Below are positions 49,259-59,787 of a stretch of 64,000 nt of DNA, in pieces. Position 1 is the stretch's first letter. Every line of letters starts with the position of its first letter. Under the pieces are notes generated by a model. It was not told where the DNA came from, did not search any database, and was given only the letters and a program-made list of their open reading frames with translations. The DNA lies in assembly GCA_036229005.1 (NCBI GenBank), contig JAZAMN010000016.1, positions 32,001 through 96,000 on the forward strand, read 5' to 3'. The position numbers were made by a program, and so were the translations under genes. Source of the DNA: Myxococcota bacterium (GTDB lineage Bacteria > Myxococcota_A > UBA796 > CAJQPC01).

Positions 49259-50245
49259 TCAGGGCAGGGACTCCAGGATCAACACGTCCTGGGCGGAGAG
49301 GCCCAGGTCCTGGCGGAGCTGCTCGTTGTAGGCGTCCAGGCGGGGCTGGACCTGCTCGACGGTGAAGCGGTAGCCCACGTCCTCCTGCAGGCCCCGGGCC
49401 CGGGAGGCGGGGAGGCTGCCCCCGACGAAGCCGCCGACCGCCAGCACCACACCGCCCAGGGCGGCGCCCCGGTAGAGCGCGTAGGAGTCGGCGTCGGTGC
49501 TGTTGATCTGGCCGATCACGCCCACGCCAGAGAGCACCACGCCGGCCACGCCCATGCCGTAGAGCAGCTTGGACTGGCGCTCGCTGCGCTGGATGTCCAG
49601 GAGCAGGGCCTCGGCGAGCTCCTCCTGGCCGGTGAGCAGCAGGTAGTCAGGGACGCTCAGGCGCTGGTCGCCCTCGTACACCGCCCAGGTCTGCACCGTG
49701 TAGTAGGGGTCCGTGATCACGGGCTGCATGACCCCGGTGCCGGCGGTCACCCCGTAGCCGGGCTGGTAGACGCTGGAGACGCCGCCGCCGCGCAGCTCGG
49801 TCTCCTCGCGGATGGACAGGCGCTGGGCCTTGTACTCGCGCAGAGCGGCCAGCCGCTCGGCGGCGTCGATCTCAGCCTGGGCGGCGGCCTGGGCCTGGGC
49901 GCGGCGGGCGGCCTCCTTCTCGGCGCGGAGCTGCTCGGGGGACTTGAGGCCCAGGGCGGCGGCGCGCACTTCTTCGTGGGGGGCGTCGTCGTCGTAGGCC
50001 ACGGCCAGCGCGCGGGCCAGCGCGGCCTTGACCGCCGGGGTGTCCTCGCCGGCGAGCAGCTCCAGGAGGGCAGCGCGACGGGGCTCCCCAGTGGTGTCGG
50101 AGAGGGTCGCCAGCACGGTCTCCACCCGCACCTTCTCCTCCCCCTTGAGGGCCAGAGCGGGAGCGGCGGTGGTGGCAGCGGCAGAGGGGCCCGCAGCAGG
50201 CTGGGCCTGGGCGAAGGCGAGCTGGACGCAGAGCAGCAAGTTCAT
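49259..50245 (-). CDS. Exported hypothetical protein with a C-terminal TM hairpin
   Basis: Signal MNLLLCVQLAFA, an Ala-rich helical region and two C-terminal Gly-rich TMs. Confidence 0.7.
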   Translation of the reverse strand: MNLLLCVQLAFAQAQPAAGPSAAATTAAPALALKGEEKVRVETVLATLSDTTGEPRRAALLELLAGEDTPAVKAALARALAVAYDDDAPHEEVRAAALGLKSPEQLRAEKEAARRAQAQAAAQAEIDAAERLAALREYKAQRLSIREETELRGGGVSSVYQPGYGVTAGTGVMQPVITDPYYTVQTWAVYEGDQRLSVPDYLLLTGQEELAEALLLDIQRSERQSKLLYGMGVAGVVLSGVGVIGQINSTDADSYALYRGAALGGVVLAVGGFVGGSLPASRARGLQEDVGYRFTVEQVQPRLDAYNEQLRQDLGLSAQDVLILESLP

Positions 50246-50297
50246 GCTCTGGGCCTAACCCCCCGCAGACCGCGGCCAAGGGGGGGCGTGCGCAGAC

Positions 50298-50954
50298 TCA
50301 GGCCGGGACCTTGGTCTGCAGCTCGTTGGCGGGCATGGGCGCGACGCCGCCGGCCTGGGGGTAGCGCCGGCGCAGGGTCTCCTGGAGCACGCTCATGCGC
50401 TGGAAGGTGCGGCGGGTCATGGGCGCATCGGCGTGCACGACCTTCCAGAAGCTGTCCAGGACGTCCTGCTCCTCGCGGCTCAGGGCGCGGCTCACAAAGG
50501 GCGGCATGCTGGGGGCGACCGCCGGCAGCAGCAGGCAGCTCTCGAAGGCCTCGGCCCGCCCCAGGAACTCCAGCACCCGGCGCATGCTGGGCTCGGGGCG
50601 CGAGAGGAGGTTGTCATGAGAGAGCAGAATGAACCTGCTCTTTGTGCGCATCAGCTCACAGACCAGCGCGTAGTTGCTGAACCACCAGCTCACCTCGTGG
50701 GGGATCTCCGGCTGGGGCTCCTCTTCGGTCATGACCCCGGCCCAGGAGCGCCAGGGACGCACCAGCCCGACCACGTGGCGGGCCCGGTCGCTGACCTTGG
50801 GCAGCTTGGGGATCGGCACCGCCACCATCGATCCAGGCGGGGGAGTCGCGCCGGCCAGCACCTTCTTCCGGGACACCGTGGTCAACCCCGCGGTCTGCAG
50901 GGTGGAGGACAGGAAGAGGGTCCCGGAGTGCCGGGTGCCGGTGATGACGACCAT
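50298..50954 (-). CDS. Sulfotransferase-like P-loop protein (divergent)
   Basis: MVVITGTRHSGT (5'-PSB-like), VGLVRPWR (3'-PB-like) and SHDNLLSRP. Confidence 0.6.
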   Translation of the reverse strand: MVVITGTRHSGTLFLSSTLQTAGLTTVSRKKVLAGATPPPGSMVAVPIPKLPKVSDRARHVVGLVRPWRSWAGVMTEEEPQPEIPHEVSWWFSNYALVCELMRTKSRFILLSHDNLLSRPEPSMRRVLEFLGRAEAFESCLLLPAVAPSMPPFVSRALSREEQDVLDSFWKVVHADAPMTRRTFQRMSVLQETLRRRYPQAGGVAPMPANELQTKVPA

Positions 50955-51138
50955 GCCGAACCAGAGGCCAGAGGATGAAGGGGCTCTCCAATTGAACACG
51001 AGCCGAGGCCAGAATCCCCGACCCTTCTCTTACGTGTCAGGCTTTCACTCTTTCACCCGCCGATCTCGCCGATCTGATCGGGCATCCGGCGCGTAGGGAC
51101 AGATCCATAGGGCGCGGATCCCGCGGCCAGATCCCAGC

Positions 51139-52767
51139 TCAATCCTGGGGCTCCGAGCGCTCCGGCAGCGGCCACGCCAGCCAGGTGTTCCCCTTGGACG
51201 GCAGGGGGGCTCCCAGCTCCTCCATCAGCGCCTTGCGGGCGATCCCCCAGCGCTGCAGCGGCCAGCTCGGTTGGTGCAGCGCCACCACCACAAAGCCCTG
51301 CTCCCGCAGCGCGCGCAGCTCCGGCTCCCCCCAGTCCCGCTGGGGCGGCGGGCCGGGCTCCATCAGCGCGCGGAACCAACGCAGCACGGGATCGCTCTCC
51401 ACGCGGCGGTCCAGGCTGTCGTCCCGCAGGTGGTCCAGCACCATGTTGAACAGGATGGGCCGCTCGTGGCGGATCTGCATCATCTGGTAGGGCAGGTGAT
51501 GGGCCGCGGCGGGCTGGATGGGCAGGTCCAGCACCGCACCCTCGGGCAGCGACTCCAGCACCGCGAGCTCCGGGAAGAGGGGGAGGGGATAGGTCCCCTC
51601 GGGCACACGAGGGCCCATCTCCAGGCCTGCACCCAGCACCAACACCGCGCTCAACCCCGCCCCCCAGCGAGGACCGGCTGTCTGCACCGCCACGCCTGCG
51701 GCCGCCACCGCGAGCACGCTGAGCCCCGCCAGCAGGCGCTCCGGCCAGTGGAACCACCCCAGCAGCGGCACCCGCTGCATCCAGTGGAAGGGCCCCCAGG
51801 GCGCCCCCTGGCCCGGCTCCATCAGCCCCGGCACAGGCCCCAGGGCCAGCAGCAGCAGCAGCACGGCGAGCCCCAGCAGCGGCCCCCAGCGCCGGGGCCC
51901 CCGCAGCAGCCAGGGCAGCGCGGGCAGGCAAAGCAGCGCCGCCCAGGTCGGCCGTCCGATCCCGGGCGCCAGCCACCCCAGCAGCCCCACGCTGGCCCGC
52001 TGGGCCGTCTCCAGGGCGAAGCCCCCTTCGTCCGCCGCCCGCACCCCTCCGGCGCGTACCAAGAAGAGCAACACCCAGGGTCCCCCCAGCGCGAGCGCCC
52101 CCAGCGCCCCCAGACCCAGCGCCCGCAGCCGCTCCCGCCGAAGCTGGAAGGGCAGCACCAGCGCCAGGCAAAGCACCGTCAGCAGCGCCAGCTCCCAGCT
52201 CACGAACAGCACCAGCGCGCCCAAGGCCCCCCACCCCAGCGCCTTGAGGGCCGGCGCGTCCGGGGGCAGGCGCAGCAGGCGCACCGCGGCCGCCGCCGAC
52301 AGGGCCACAAAGCCCAGCCCCACCTGCTCGGGACGGCCCCCCTGCAGGTGCAGCAGCAGGAATCCGTCGAGCTGCAGCAGCAGCCCCGCCACCCACGCCC
52401 CCCGCGGCGCATCCAGGCTGCGGGACAGGGCCGCGCCCCCCAGCCCGGCGATGAACACATAGAGCGCGATCACCACGTTGTACGCCGGAATCAAGCCGAT
52501 CGTCCCCTCCAGGACGCCCACCAGCCACACGTCCAGCCAACCCCCCAGCACCGGCAGCAGATCCAGCCCCTGCGGCCAGCCCAGCAGCTCCGTCTGCAGC
52601 AGCCCCTCCCGCCCCGCGTGCCACCCCATCCACAGGTGCCCCTGCAGGTCCACCGAGCCCATCCCCAGGGCCAGCTCCCCCCCGCGCAGCAGCAGCGCCA
52701 CCGGCAGCAGCGCCAGCACCGCCAGCTCCAGACCGCGCCACAGCAGCGCCTGCCGGTCCGGCTTCAT
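51139..52767 (-). CDS. Polytopic membrane protein, GT-C/YfhO-like glycosyltransferase
   Basis: ATG at 52767 coupled to rluD. DLQGHLWMGW, LGWPQG, more than 10 TMs, FHWPERL, GAVLDLP and QIRHERP. Confidence 0.65.
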   Translation of the reverse strand: MKPDRQALLWRGLELAVLALLPVALLLRGGELALGMGSVDLQGHLWMGWHAGREGLLQTELLGWPQGLDLLPVLGGWLDVWLVGVLEGTIGLIPAYNVVIALYVFIAGLGGAALSRSLDAPRGAWVAGLLLQLDGFLLLHLQGGRPEQVGLGFVALSAAAAVRLLRLPPDAPALKALGWGALGALVLFVSWELALLTVLCLALVLPFQLRRERLRALGLGALGALALGGPWVLLFLVRAGGVRAADEGGFALETAQRASVGLLGWLAPGIGRPTWAALLCLPALPWLLRGPRRWGPLLGLAVLLLLLALGPVPGLMEPGQGAPWGPFHWMQRVPLLGWFHWPERLLAGLSVLAVAAAGVAVQTAGPRWGAGLSAVLVLGAGLEMGPRVPEGTYPLPLFPELAVLESLPEGAVLDLPIQPAAAHHLPYQMMQIRHERPILFNMVLDHLRDDSLDRRVESDPVLRWFRALMEPGPPPQRDWGEPELRALREQGFVVVALHQPSWPLQRWGIARKALMEELGAPLPSKGNTWLAWPLPERSEPQD

Positions 52768-53717
52768 CGGGCCTTCCGGAGCACCCGCGCCATGTCGGCG
52801 GGCATCGGGGCCCGCACCGAGATCACCTCGCCGGTGGCGGGATGTGGCAGGTGCAGTGCGCGGGCGTGCAGGCAGTGACGGGGGTGACCCAAGCGTCTGC
52901 GTAGGCGTCGGGTCGGCCTCCCCTCCAGCAGGTTCAGGAAGACCTCCGGGTCCTGGCCGTAGAGCCGGTCCCCCAGGATGGGGAAGCCCAGGTGGTCCAG
53001 GTGCACGCGGATCTGGTGCGTGCGCCCGGTGTGGGGCCGGCAGCTCACCAGGGTCAGGTCGCGGAAGCGCTGGATGACGCGGACCTCGGTCACGGCGCTC
53101 TGGCCATCGGCGACCACCGCCTGCTTGAGGCGCACCGGAGAGTCCGGGTCCGAGCCGATCGGCGCGTTCACCAGGCGCTGCTCCCAGGGCACCACCCCCC
53201 GCACGATCGCGTGGTAGGTCTTGAGCACCGCGCGCTGCTTGAAGGCCTCCTTGATGTTCACCGTGGCCAGCTTCGTGCGCGAGACCAGGTTCACCCCGCT
53301 GGTCTCCCGGTCCAGGCGGTGCAGCAGGTGCAGGTCCTCGTCCGGGAAGGCCTCGCGCGCCAGGTTGATCAGCCCCCAGATGTAGATCCCCCCCGCCGGG
53401 TGGGCCAGCAGCCCGGTGGGCTTGTCGAAGGCCACAAAGTGCGCGTCCGCCCACAGCACCCGGGGCACCGCCGGCTTGGGCTCCACCGGCCCGTCCAGCT
53501 CGGGCAGCGTCACCGTCAGCGACTCCCCCTCCTTGAGGCCGGAGCTGGGCTTGAGGCGCCGCAGGTCGCTGAGGATCCCCCCGCCCCGGATCTCCGCCCG
53601 GATCTGCGAGCGGCTGTGGTCCGGCAGCCGCCCCGCCAGGAACACATCTGCCCTCATGCCGGCCTCTCTGGGCCCGACAAGGAAGTGGAGACCGGGTCTC
53701 TGCGGCGGGGTCTCCAA
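52764..53717 (-). CDS. rluD: RluA/RluD family pseudouridine synthase with S4 domain
   Basis: RADVFL...SRSQI, DKPTGLLAHP, HRLDRETSG, TGRTHQIRVH, ILGDRLYG and LHA. Confidence 0.85.
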   Translation of the reverse strand: METPPQRPGLHFLVGPREAGMRADVFLAGRLPDHSRSQIRAEIRGGGILSDLRRLKPSSGLKEGESLTVTLPELDGPVEPKPAVPRVLWADAHFVAFDKPTGLLAHPAGGIYIWGLINLAREAFPDEDLHLLHRLDRETSGVNLVSRTKLATVNIKEAFKQRAVLKTYHAIVRGVVPWEQRLVNAPIGSDPDSPVRLKQAVVADGQSAVTEVRVIQRFRDLTLVSCRPHTGRTHQIRVHLDHLGFPILGDRLYGQDPEVFLNLLEGRPTRRLRRRLGHPRHCLHARALHLPHPATGEVISVRAPMPADMARVLRKAR

Positions 53718-53751
53718 TCCGATCTCCTGCGCGGGTGGCTATCCTGTGATC

Positions 53752-55122
53752 ATGCTGTTGTTGCTGCTGGCCTGCAACGCCACGCCCTTTCAGGGCTGGT
53801 CCCGCGACCCTGGGTCCGACTCCCAGGACAGCGACACCGCCGCGTCCAGCGACACCCCCCTGGATCTGGAGCGCAGCCCCCGCTGGGAGTCCGAAGAGTC
53901 CGGCGTCGCTACGGGGCTCGCCTTCGCCGACGTGGACCAGGACGGCGATCCCGACCTGCTGGTCAGCTACGGCAACGACATCCAGCGCGGCCCCATCGCG
54001 CTCTACGAGAACGTCGACGGCAAGCTCCAGGAGCGCGCAGCGTGGACCAGCTCGGGGCTGCACTACTACGGCCACATCAGCGCCGCGGACGTCAACGGTG
54101 ACGGCTTCCCGGACCTGGTCGCCAGCCGCTTCATCGGCGACGGCGGCTTCTCCGAGACCGGCGGCGTCGAGCTCTTCCTGAACCAGGGCGGCACCCTGAG
54201 CACCCAGCCCGACTGGAGCGCCGGGGGCTTCCACTCCTTCAACAACACCCTGGGCGACCTGGACGGCGACGGCGACCTAGATCTGGCCGTCGCGGTGGGC
54301 GAGCCCTACCACTCAACCCCCGCCTCCTCCCTGGTCTTTGAGAACGACGGGAGCGGGGACTTCGGCGCCTCCCAGATCTGGAGTTCGCCCCCCGGACAGG
54401 CCCTGGACGTTGGCCTGGCGGATCTCGACGGGGACGGCTGGCTGGATCTGGTGCTGGCCAACGTGGGCACACCGCACGCCATGTACCCGGGCGGCCCCGA
54501 CGGCCTCTCGGACACCCCGAGCTGGCTGGCCGCAGGCGAGGACACCCGCTTCGAGGGCAACACCCTGGACATCGGCGACATCGACGGCGACGGGCACCTG
54601 GACCTGGTCATCAGCGACAACCTGCAGCTCGGCGGCGCGGGCACCGTGAGCGTCTACTGCGGCCCCGACTGGGCGCGCTGCTGGGAGTCGCAGGACGACC
54701 CGCTCTACCAGTCGGCCGTGCGCCTGGAGGACGTCGATGGAGACGACACCCTGGACCTGGTCGCGGGCGCCTGGGGCCCCGAGGGCAGCCTGGGCGCGTC
54801 GGTGCGGATCTACCTGAACCAGGGGGAGGCCCTGGAGCCGGAGCCCTCCTGGATCTCGTCCCCAACGTCCGTCATCGAGGCCCTCGCCTTCGGCGACCTG
54901 GACGGCAGCTCGTCCACCGTCGAGGTCATCTCGGGCCAGGGCCTGCAGCCCATCCCCCGGGGCCGCGTGGTGGAGGCCTCCGGCGCCTGCACCCACGAGG
55001 GCTGGGCCTCTGGCCCCGGCGAGTGGAGCGTGAGCGTATTACTGCCCATCCGCCGCGATCTGGCGGTGAGCAACTGGGACAAGGACATCGGGAACCACCT
55101 GTATGGCCGCTCGACGCCTTGA
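53752..55122 (+). CDS. FG-GAP/VCBS repeat lipoprotein
   Basis: ATG at 53752 (MLLLLLAC); about 7 DxDGDGxxDL repeats. Confidence 0.85.
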   Translation: MLLLLLACNATPFQGWSRDPGSDSQDSDTAASSDTPLDLERSPRWESEESGVATGLAFADVDQDGDPDLLVSYGNDIQRGPIALYENVDGKLQERAAWTSSGLHYYGHISAADVNGDGFPDLVASRFIGDGGFSETGGVELFLNQGGTLSTQPDWSAGGFHSFNNTLGDLDGDGDLDLAVAVGEPYHSTPASSLVFENDGSGDFGASQIWSSPPGQALDVGLADLDGDGWLDLVLANVGTPHAMYPGGPDGLSDTPSWLAAGEDTRFEGNTLDIGDIDGDGHLDLVISDNLQLGGAGTVSVYCGPDWARCWESQDDPLYQSAVRLEDVDGDDTLDLVAGAWGPEGSLGASVRIYLNQGEALEPEPSWISSPTSVIEALAFGDLDGSSSTVEVISGQGLQPIPRGRVVEASGACTHEGWASGPGEWSVSVLLPIRRDLAVSNWDKDIGNHLYGRSTP

Positions 55123-55336
55123 CGGCGGAGTCATCGTCGCCCTGGTCTGGGCCATCGTCGCGGTGGCCATGACCGCCCTGATCGGCCCCCAGCTCGGCCT
55201 GCGGGGCTGGCTCTGGCTGGGCCTGCACCACGCGCTCTGCCTGGCCGGCGTCACCCACGAGCTCCGGCGCGGCTACCAGCGCCACCGAGACCGCCTCGCG
55301 GCGCGCCAGCGCCCCCCGATGGAGACCACCCCATGA
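55103..55336 (+). CDS. Small two-TM membrane protein
   Basis: 77 aa, overlapping both neighbours, with two hydrophobic helices. Confidence 0.65.
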   Translation: MAARRLDGGVIVALVWAIVAVAMTALIGPQLGLRGWLWLGLHHALCLAGVTHELRRGYQRHRDRLAARQRPPMETTP

Positions 55337-56376
55337 CCGCCCTGCTGCTGCTGGCCGCCTGCGCCAGCCCCGCCAAGATCAAGCGCATCCACGTGCCCTC
55401 CGACCAGGGAACCATCGCTCTGTGCCCGGGCGAGAACGCGGCCTTCAAGGTCAACGCCCGCATGCGCAACGGGCAGCGCAAGACCACCACGGGCCGGGGC
55501 CGCAACAAGCTGCCCTGGAAGCACCTGCGCGTGGAGCTCGACGGCGTGCCCCAGCCCGCCGGCCGGCTGCTCATGCCCCAGGACCCGCACACGAGCTGGA
55601 AGCGCCCCCTGGAGCTCAAGGTCTGGCTGGACGACCGCCCCAAGGTCTCCTGGGAGGGCCAGGTCGTCGCCCGCTACGACTGCGCCTACTACCTGGACCT
55701 GCGGGGCGCCCCCGGGATGCGCGGCGACTCCGACATGTCCATCAGCGCAGAAGACGGCGAGGACGGGCGGGACCGCGGCGGTGAGCGCGGCGGGCCGGGT
55801 CGCCGGGGCCAGGACGGCCGCCACGGCGCCCACGGGGGACACGCCGGCTACGGCGCGAACGCGACCGTTTCCCTGACCCAGGGCGAGGGCAAGACCGCCG
55901 GGCTGCTGGAGGCCCGCGTGGCCTACACGATGGGGAGCACCAAGGACACGCTGTACTACCTGCTCGACCCCAACAACGGGAGCCTGTGGGTGGACGTCAG
56001 CGGCGGCGTCGGTGGCGCCGGCGAGGACGGGCAGGACGGCGGCGACGGCGGCGACGGCGGCGACGGCACGCCCAGCGGGCCGGGCGGCCAGGGCGGAGAC
56101 GGCGGAGACGGCGGCTCCGGCGGAGACGGCGGCGTGGGCGGCAGCCTGGAGCTGCTCGTGGACGCGGGCGCGGAGCGCTACGCGGACCGGATCACGCTCC
56201 AGGCGGACGGCGGCCCTGCGGGGCCGGGCGGAGCCGGAGGGGATGCCGGAGACGGAGGCGACGGCAGCCCCGAGGGCGAGCCCGGCCGCGAAGGCCGGCG
56301 CGGCAACAGCGGCCGACCGGGGCGCCCTGGCGAGCTGTTGCCTTCCCGCGTCACCCCGGTCACCCCACGTTTCTGA
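55333..56376 (+). CDS. Lipoprotein with collagen-like G-x-x repeats
   Basis: MTALLLLAAC and three blocks of G-x-y repeats (GGDGGDGGDG, GRPGRPG). Confidence 0.8.
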   Translation: MTALLLLAACASPAKIKRIHVPSDQGTIALCPGENAAFKVNARMRNGQRKTTTGRGRNKLPWKHLRVELDGVPQPAGRLLMPQDPHTSWKRPLELKVWLDDRPKVSWEGQVVARYDCAYYLDLRGAPGMRGDSDMSISAEDGEDGRDRGGERGGPGRRGQDGRHGAHGGHAGYGANATVSLTQGEGKTAGLLEARVAYTMGSTKDTLYYLLDPNNGSLWVDVSGGVGGAGEDGQDGGDGGDGGDGTPSGPGGQGGDGGDGGSGGDGGVGGSLELLVDAGAERYADRITLQADGGPAGPGGAGGDAGDGGDGSPEGEPGREGRRGNSGRPGRPGELLPSRVTPVTPRF

Positions 56377-56437
56377 GCCGAAACATTTGCGCGACGGCGC
56401 TGGCCTGGACGACCCCTGCCGGGGTTAGTCCGAAGCC

Positions 56438-57139
56438 ATGAGCGCACACATCCTCTTGGTCGAAGACGAAGCCGATCTGGTCCAGACCCTCAGCTACCGG
56501 CTGGAGAAGGAGGGCTACAAGGTCAGCGCCTGCCTCCGCGGGCTGGAGGGCCTCGAGCGCGCGCGCTCGGAGCCCGCCCCCGACCTGGTGCTGCTGGACC
56601 TGATGCTCCCCGACATCTCCGGCACCGAGGTCTGCCGCCAGCTCCGCTCGGACCCCACCACCCGCCGCATCCCCGTGATCATGCTCACCGCCCGCGGCGA
56701 AGAGATCGATCGCGTCGTCGGCTTCGAGGTGGGCGCCGACGACTACATGACCAAGCCCTTCTCCACCCGCGAGCTGCTGCTGCGCGTGCAGGCCGTGCTC
56801 CGCCGCGCCCGCCGCTCCGGCAAGGGCGCCGCCGCCCTGCGCAGCTTCGGCCCCATCCAGGTGGACGAGCCCGGCCGCCGCGTGTGGATCGAGGAGGAGG
56901 AGGTCACCCTCACCCTCATCGAGTTCGACCTGCTCCTGTACTTCCTGAACAACAAGGGCCAGGTGCAGACCCGCGACCAGCTCCTGGCCGAGGTGTGGGG
57001 CTACCGCGAGGGCGTCTCCAGCCGCACCGTCGACACCCACGTCAAGCGCCTGCGGGCCAAGATGGGCGAGACCGGCAACTACATCGAGACCCTGCGCGGC
57101 GTGGGCTACCGCTTCCGCCGCAAGCCGCCGGCGCGATGA
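56438..57139 (+). CDS. phoB: OmpR/PhoB family response regulator (PhoB-like)
   Basis: LVEDE, LLDLMLP, MLTARGEEIDRVVGFEVGADDY, KPF, RTVDTHVKRLR and IETLRGVGY. Confidence 0.8.
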   Translation: MSAHILLVEDEADLVQTLSYRLEKEGYKVSACLRGLEGLERARSEPAPDLVLLDLMLPDISGTEVCRQLRSDPTTRRIPVIMLTARGEEIDRVVGFEVGADDYMTKPFSTRELLLRVQAVLRRARRSGKGAAALRSFGPIQVDEPGRRVWIEEEEVTLTLIEFDLLLYFLNNKGQVQTRDQLLAEVWGYREGVSSRTVDTHVKRLRAKMGETGNYIETLRGVGYRFRRKPPAR

Positions 57140-58836
57140 GCCGCACGCACCTCGCCACCCGCCTCTTCCTCCTCAGCCTCGGTCTCCTGCTCGCCCTCGG
57201 ACTGGGCTGGGGCATCGCCCTGGACCGCAGCCTCAAGGCCCGCCTGCTCAAGGCCGAAGACACCCGCCTCCAGGAGCAGGCCCAGCTCGTCCAGCTCCTG
57301 CTCGTGGACACCCCCGACGCCGGGCTCGATGCGCTCGCGGATCTGGTCGGCGCCGCCTCCGACACCCGCCTGAGCATCATCGACCAGGACGGCTGGGTGC
57401 GCGGCGACTCCGAGCTGGACGCCCCCGCCCTCCAGCAGCTCGACCGCCACGACACCCGCCCCGAGGTCGCCCAGGCTCTGGCCGGTGAGCGCGGCCTCAG
57501 CTCCCGCACCTCGGACACCCTGAACCAGGACATGCGCTACCTGGCGCTGCCCACCGAGCACAGCGGCCAACGCTGGGTCGTGCGCTCCGCCGCCCCGCTG
57601 GACGCCATCGACTCCGCCTTGAGCGCCCAGCGCCGCACCCTGGCCTTCTCCGGCCTCTCCGCCCTGGCCGTGGCCCTCTTCATGTCCGGCCTGGCGAGTT
57701 GGCAGGCCTCCCTGCTCCTGGAGCAGGCCCTGGTCCGCACCCACGAGCGCTCCCTGGACACCCGCCCCCAGCCCGACGAGGACGCCGCCGAGGCCCTGGA
57801 GACCGCCATCACCGCCCTCTCCGCCGAGCGCGACCGTTTCCGCGCCGTGCTGGAGGGCCTGGACGTCGCCGTCATCGCCCTGGACCACGGCCACATCATC
57901 CGCGTGGTCAACTCCGCCGCCGGACCGCTGCTGCGCGTGGACCAGAGCAAGCTGGGCCAGTCCATCTTCGAGGCCATCCCCCTCCCCCAGCTCCGCGAGC
58001 TGCTGGAGGACACCGACGAGGACGACGAGGTCGAGGTCATCGAGATCGCCCTCCCTGGCGCCACCACCGTCCAGCTCCGCATGACCCCCGCCCCCGGCGG
58101 CACCGTCCTGCTCTTCCAGGACCTCACCCGCCTGCGCCGCCTGGAGAACCTGCGCCGGGACTTCGTCTCCAACGTCTCCCACGAGCTGCGCACCCCCATC
58201 GCCATCATCCGCGCCAACGCCGAGACCCTGCTGGACGAGGCCATCGACGACGGCCCCGAGCCCACCCGCATGCTGGTCGGCGCCGTGCTGCGCAGCTCCG
58301 AGCGCCTCTCCGCCCTCATCTCCGACCTGCTGGAGATCTCCCGCATCGAGGCCGGCAAGATGCCCGTGCGCCTGGAGGTCCTGGACCTCACACAGATCCT
58401 CCACCGCCTGGAGGAGCCCATGGAGGAGCTCGCCCAAAAGGAGCAGGTCGGCCTGAGCTGCAGGGTGCCCCCGGACCTGCAGGTGCTCGCGGACCCCAAG
58501 GCCCTGCAGACGGTGCTCTCCAACCTGGTGACAAACGGCCTCAAATACACCCCCTCCGGCGGGGCCGTGCAGATCATCGCCACGCTCCAGGACGACATGG
58601 TGCGCCTGGAGGTACACGACTCCGGCCCCGGCGTCGCCATTGAACACAGAGAGCGCATCTTCGAGCGCTTCTACCGCGTGGACAAGGGCCGCAGCCGAGA
58701 AGTGGGCGGCACCGGCCTGGGTCTTGCCATCGTCAAGCACATGGTGCGCGCCATGAACGGCCAGGTGGGCGTCGGCGAGAGCACTGTGTTGGGTGGCGCC
58801 GTCTTCTGGCTGGAGCTCCCCAGCGTCTCGAGCTGA
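57136..58836 (+). CDS. phoR: PhoR-like sensor histidine kinase
   Basis: ATG at 57136 (ATGA overlap); two TMs, HDTRPEV, PAS, RRDFVSNVSHELRTP, NGLKY and FERFYRVDKGRSREVGGTGLGLAIVKH. Confidence 0.8.
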   Translation: MSRTHLATRLFLLSLGLLLALGLGWGIALDRSLKARLLKAEDTRLQEQAQLVQLLLVDTPDAGLDALADLVGAASDTRLSIIDQDGWVRGDSELDAPALQQLDRHDTRPEVAQALAGERGLSSRTSDTLNQDMRYLALPTEHSGQRWVVRSAAPLDAIDSALSAQRRTLAFSGLSALAVALFMSGLASWQASLLLEQALVRTHERSLDTRPQPDEDAAEALETAITALSAERDRFRAVLEGLDVAVIALDHGHIIRVVNSAAGPLLRVDQSKLGQSIFEAIPLPQLRELLEDTDEDDEVEVIEIALPGATTVQLRMTPAPGGTVLLFQDLTRLRRLENLRRDFVSNVSHELRTPIAIIRANAETLLDEAIDDGPEPTRMLVGAVLRSSERLSALISDLLEISRIEAGKMPVRLEVLDLTQILHRLEEPMEELAQKEQVGLSCRVPPDLQVLADPKALQTVLSNLVTNGLKYTPSGGAVQIIATLQDDMVRLEVHDSGPGVAIEHRERIFERFYRVDKGRSREVGGTGLGLAIVKHMVRAMNGQVGVGESTVLGGAVFWLELPSVSS

Positions 58837-58857
58837 GCGCCACTTCCGGGGGGCCGC

Positions 58858-59787
58858 TCAGATCTCCACCACCTGCATCCGCAGCCCCAGCGACGCTGCC
58901 CACTCCTGGAACTCCGGCACGAGCCCCCCCACGCAGGCAACGCGGCGCCCCCGATAGCCCCCCATCCCCTCGGGGGTCTCCAGCAGCTCCGGGTGGAGGG
59001 GATCCTGGCTGTAGGACTGTGAGATGTCCACCGCGAACACCTCTGTGCCCACGTGCATCGCGAGCCCTCTGCCCAAAGACGAGGACACACTGTCCGGGAG
59101 CGCAACCCCCGGAAACCAGAAGGGCCCGATCTGTGAGCGCGACAAGCGCGTCACGCTGCCCAGGGTCTCCTCCAACTGTGCGTGCAGCGCCAGCAGGGGG
59201 ACCTCGGCGTGGCGCATGAACAGATCCACCACCCCGCTGTCCGTGGCCACCAGCCCATCCCGCTCCAGATAGATGGGCCCGATGCGCAGCCCCTGGCCGC
59301 GCAGATCCACACAGATCCGCGACCAATACCCCTGGGCGTCGATGTGGTCAAAGTGCAGCCGGATGTCCAGGGTAGGGCTGCGCCGCCGCAGGGCCCCCCG
59401 CAGGCGGCGGCGGGGCAGGACTGTGTGACGTCTCAGGAAGCGGTGCAGCGCCCGCCGGCCGGCCACGCGGTCGCCCAGCTCCGGGTCCAGCCCCTTGGCG
59501 CGCTCGATCAGCGCCAGGTCTGTGTCGGATTCATCCCGCCCCTGCTGGGCGAGCACGGTCTCCGCGTGCACTCTGGAGACCCAGGAATAGGCGGGCAGAC
59601 CCACCACAGACAGCTCCGCCGGGGCCAGCAGGGGACCGGAGCACTCGGGCGAGAGCGCGTGCAGCAGCGCCAGGCACTCGGACAGGGGCGGCCAGTCCTC
59701 GTTTGGGGCCAGCCTGTCCAGCGCCGTGGCGAGGGCCCGCAAGTAGCCCGCCACCCGCTCCGGGGGGAGGGCCGGGGTGAGCCTCAC
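58858..59787 (-). CDS. Hypothetical protein
   Basis: GTG at 59787 overlapping the stop of the upstream gene (GTGA); 309 aa globular. Confidence 0.65.
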   Translation of the reverse strand: MRLTPALPPERVAGYLRALATALDRLAPNEDWPPLSECLALLHALSPECSGPLLAPAELSVVGLPAYSWVSRVHAETVLAQQGRDESDTDLALIERAKGLDPELGDRVAGRRALHRFLRRHTVLPRRRLRGALRRRSPTLDIRLHFDHIDAQGYWSRICVDLRGQGLRIGPIYLERDGLVATDSGVVDLFMRHAEVPLLALHAQLEETLGSVTRLSRSQIGPFWFPGVALPDSVSSSLGRGLAMHVGTEVFAVDISQSYSQDPLHPELLETPEGMGGYRGRRVACVGGLVPEFQEWAASLGLRMQVVEI

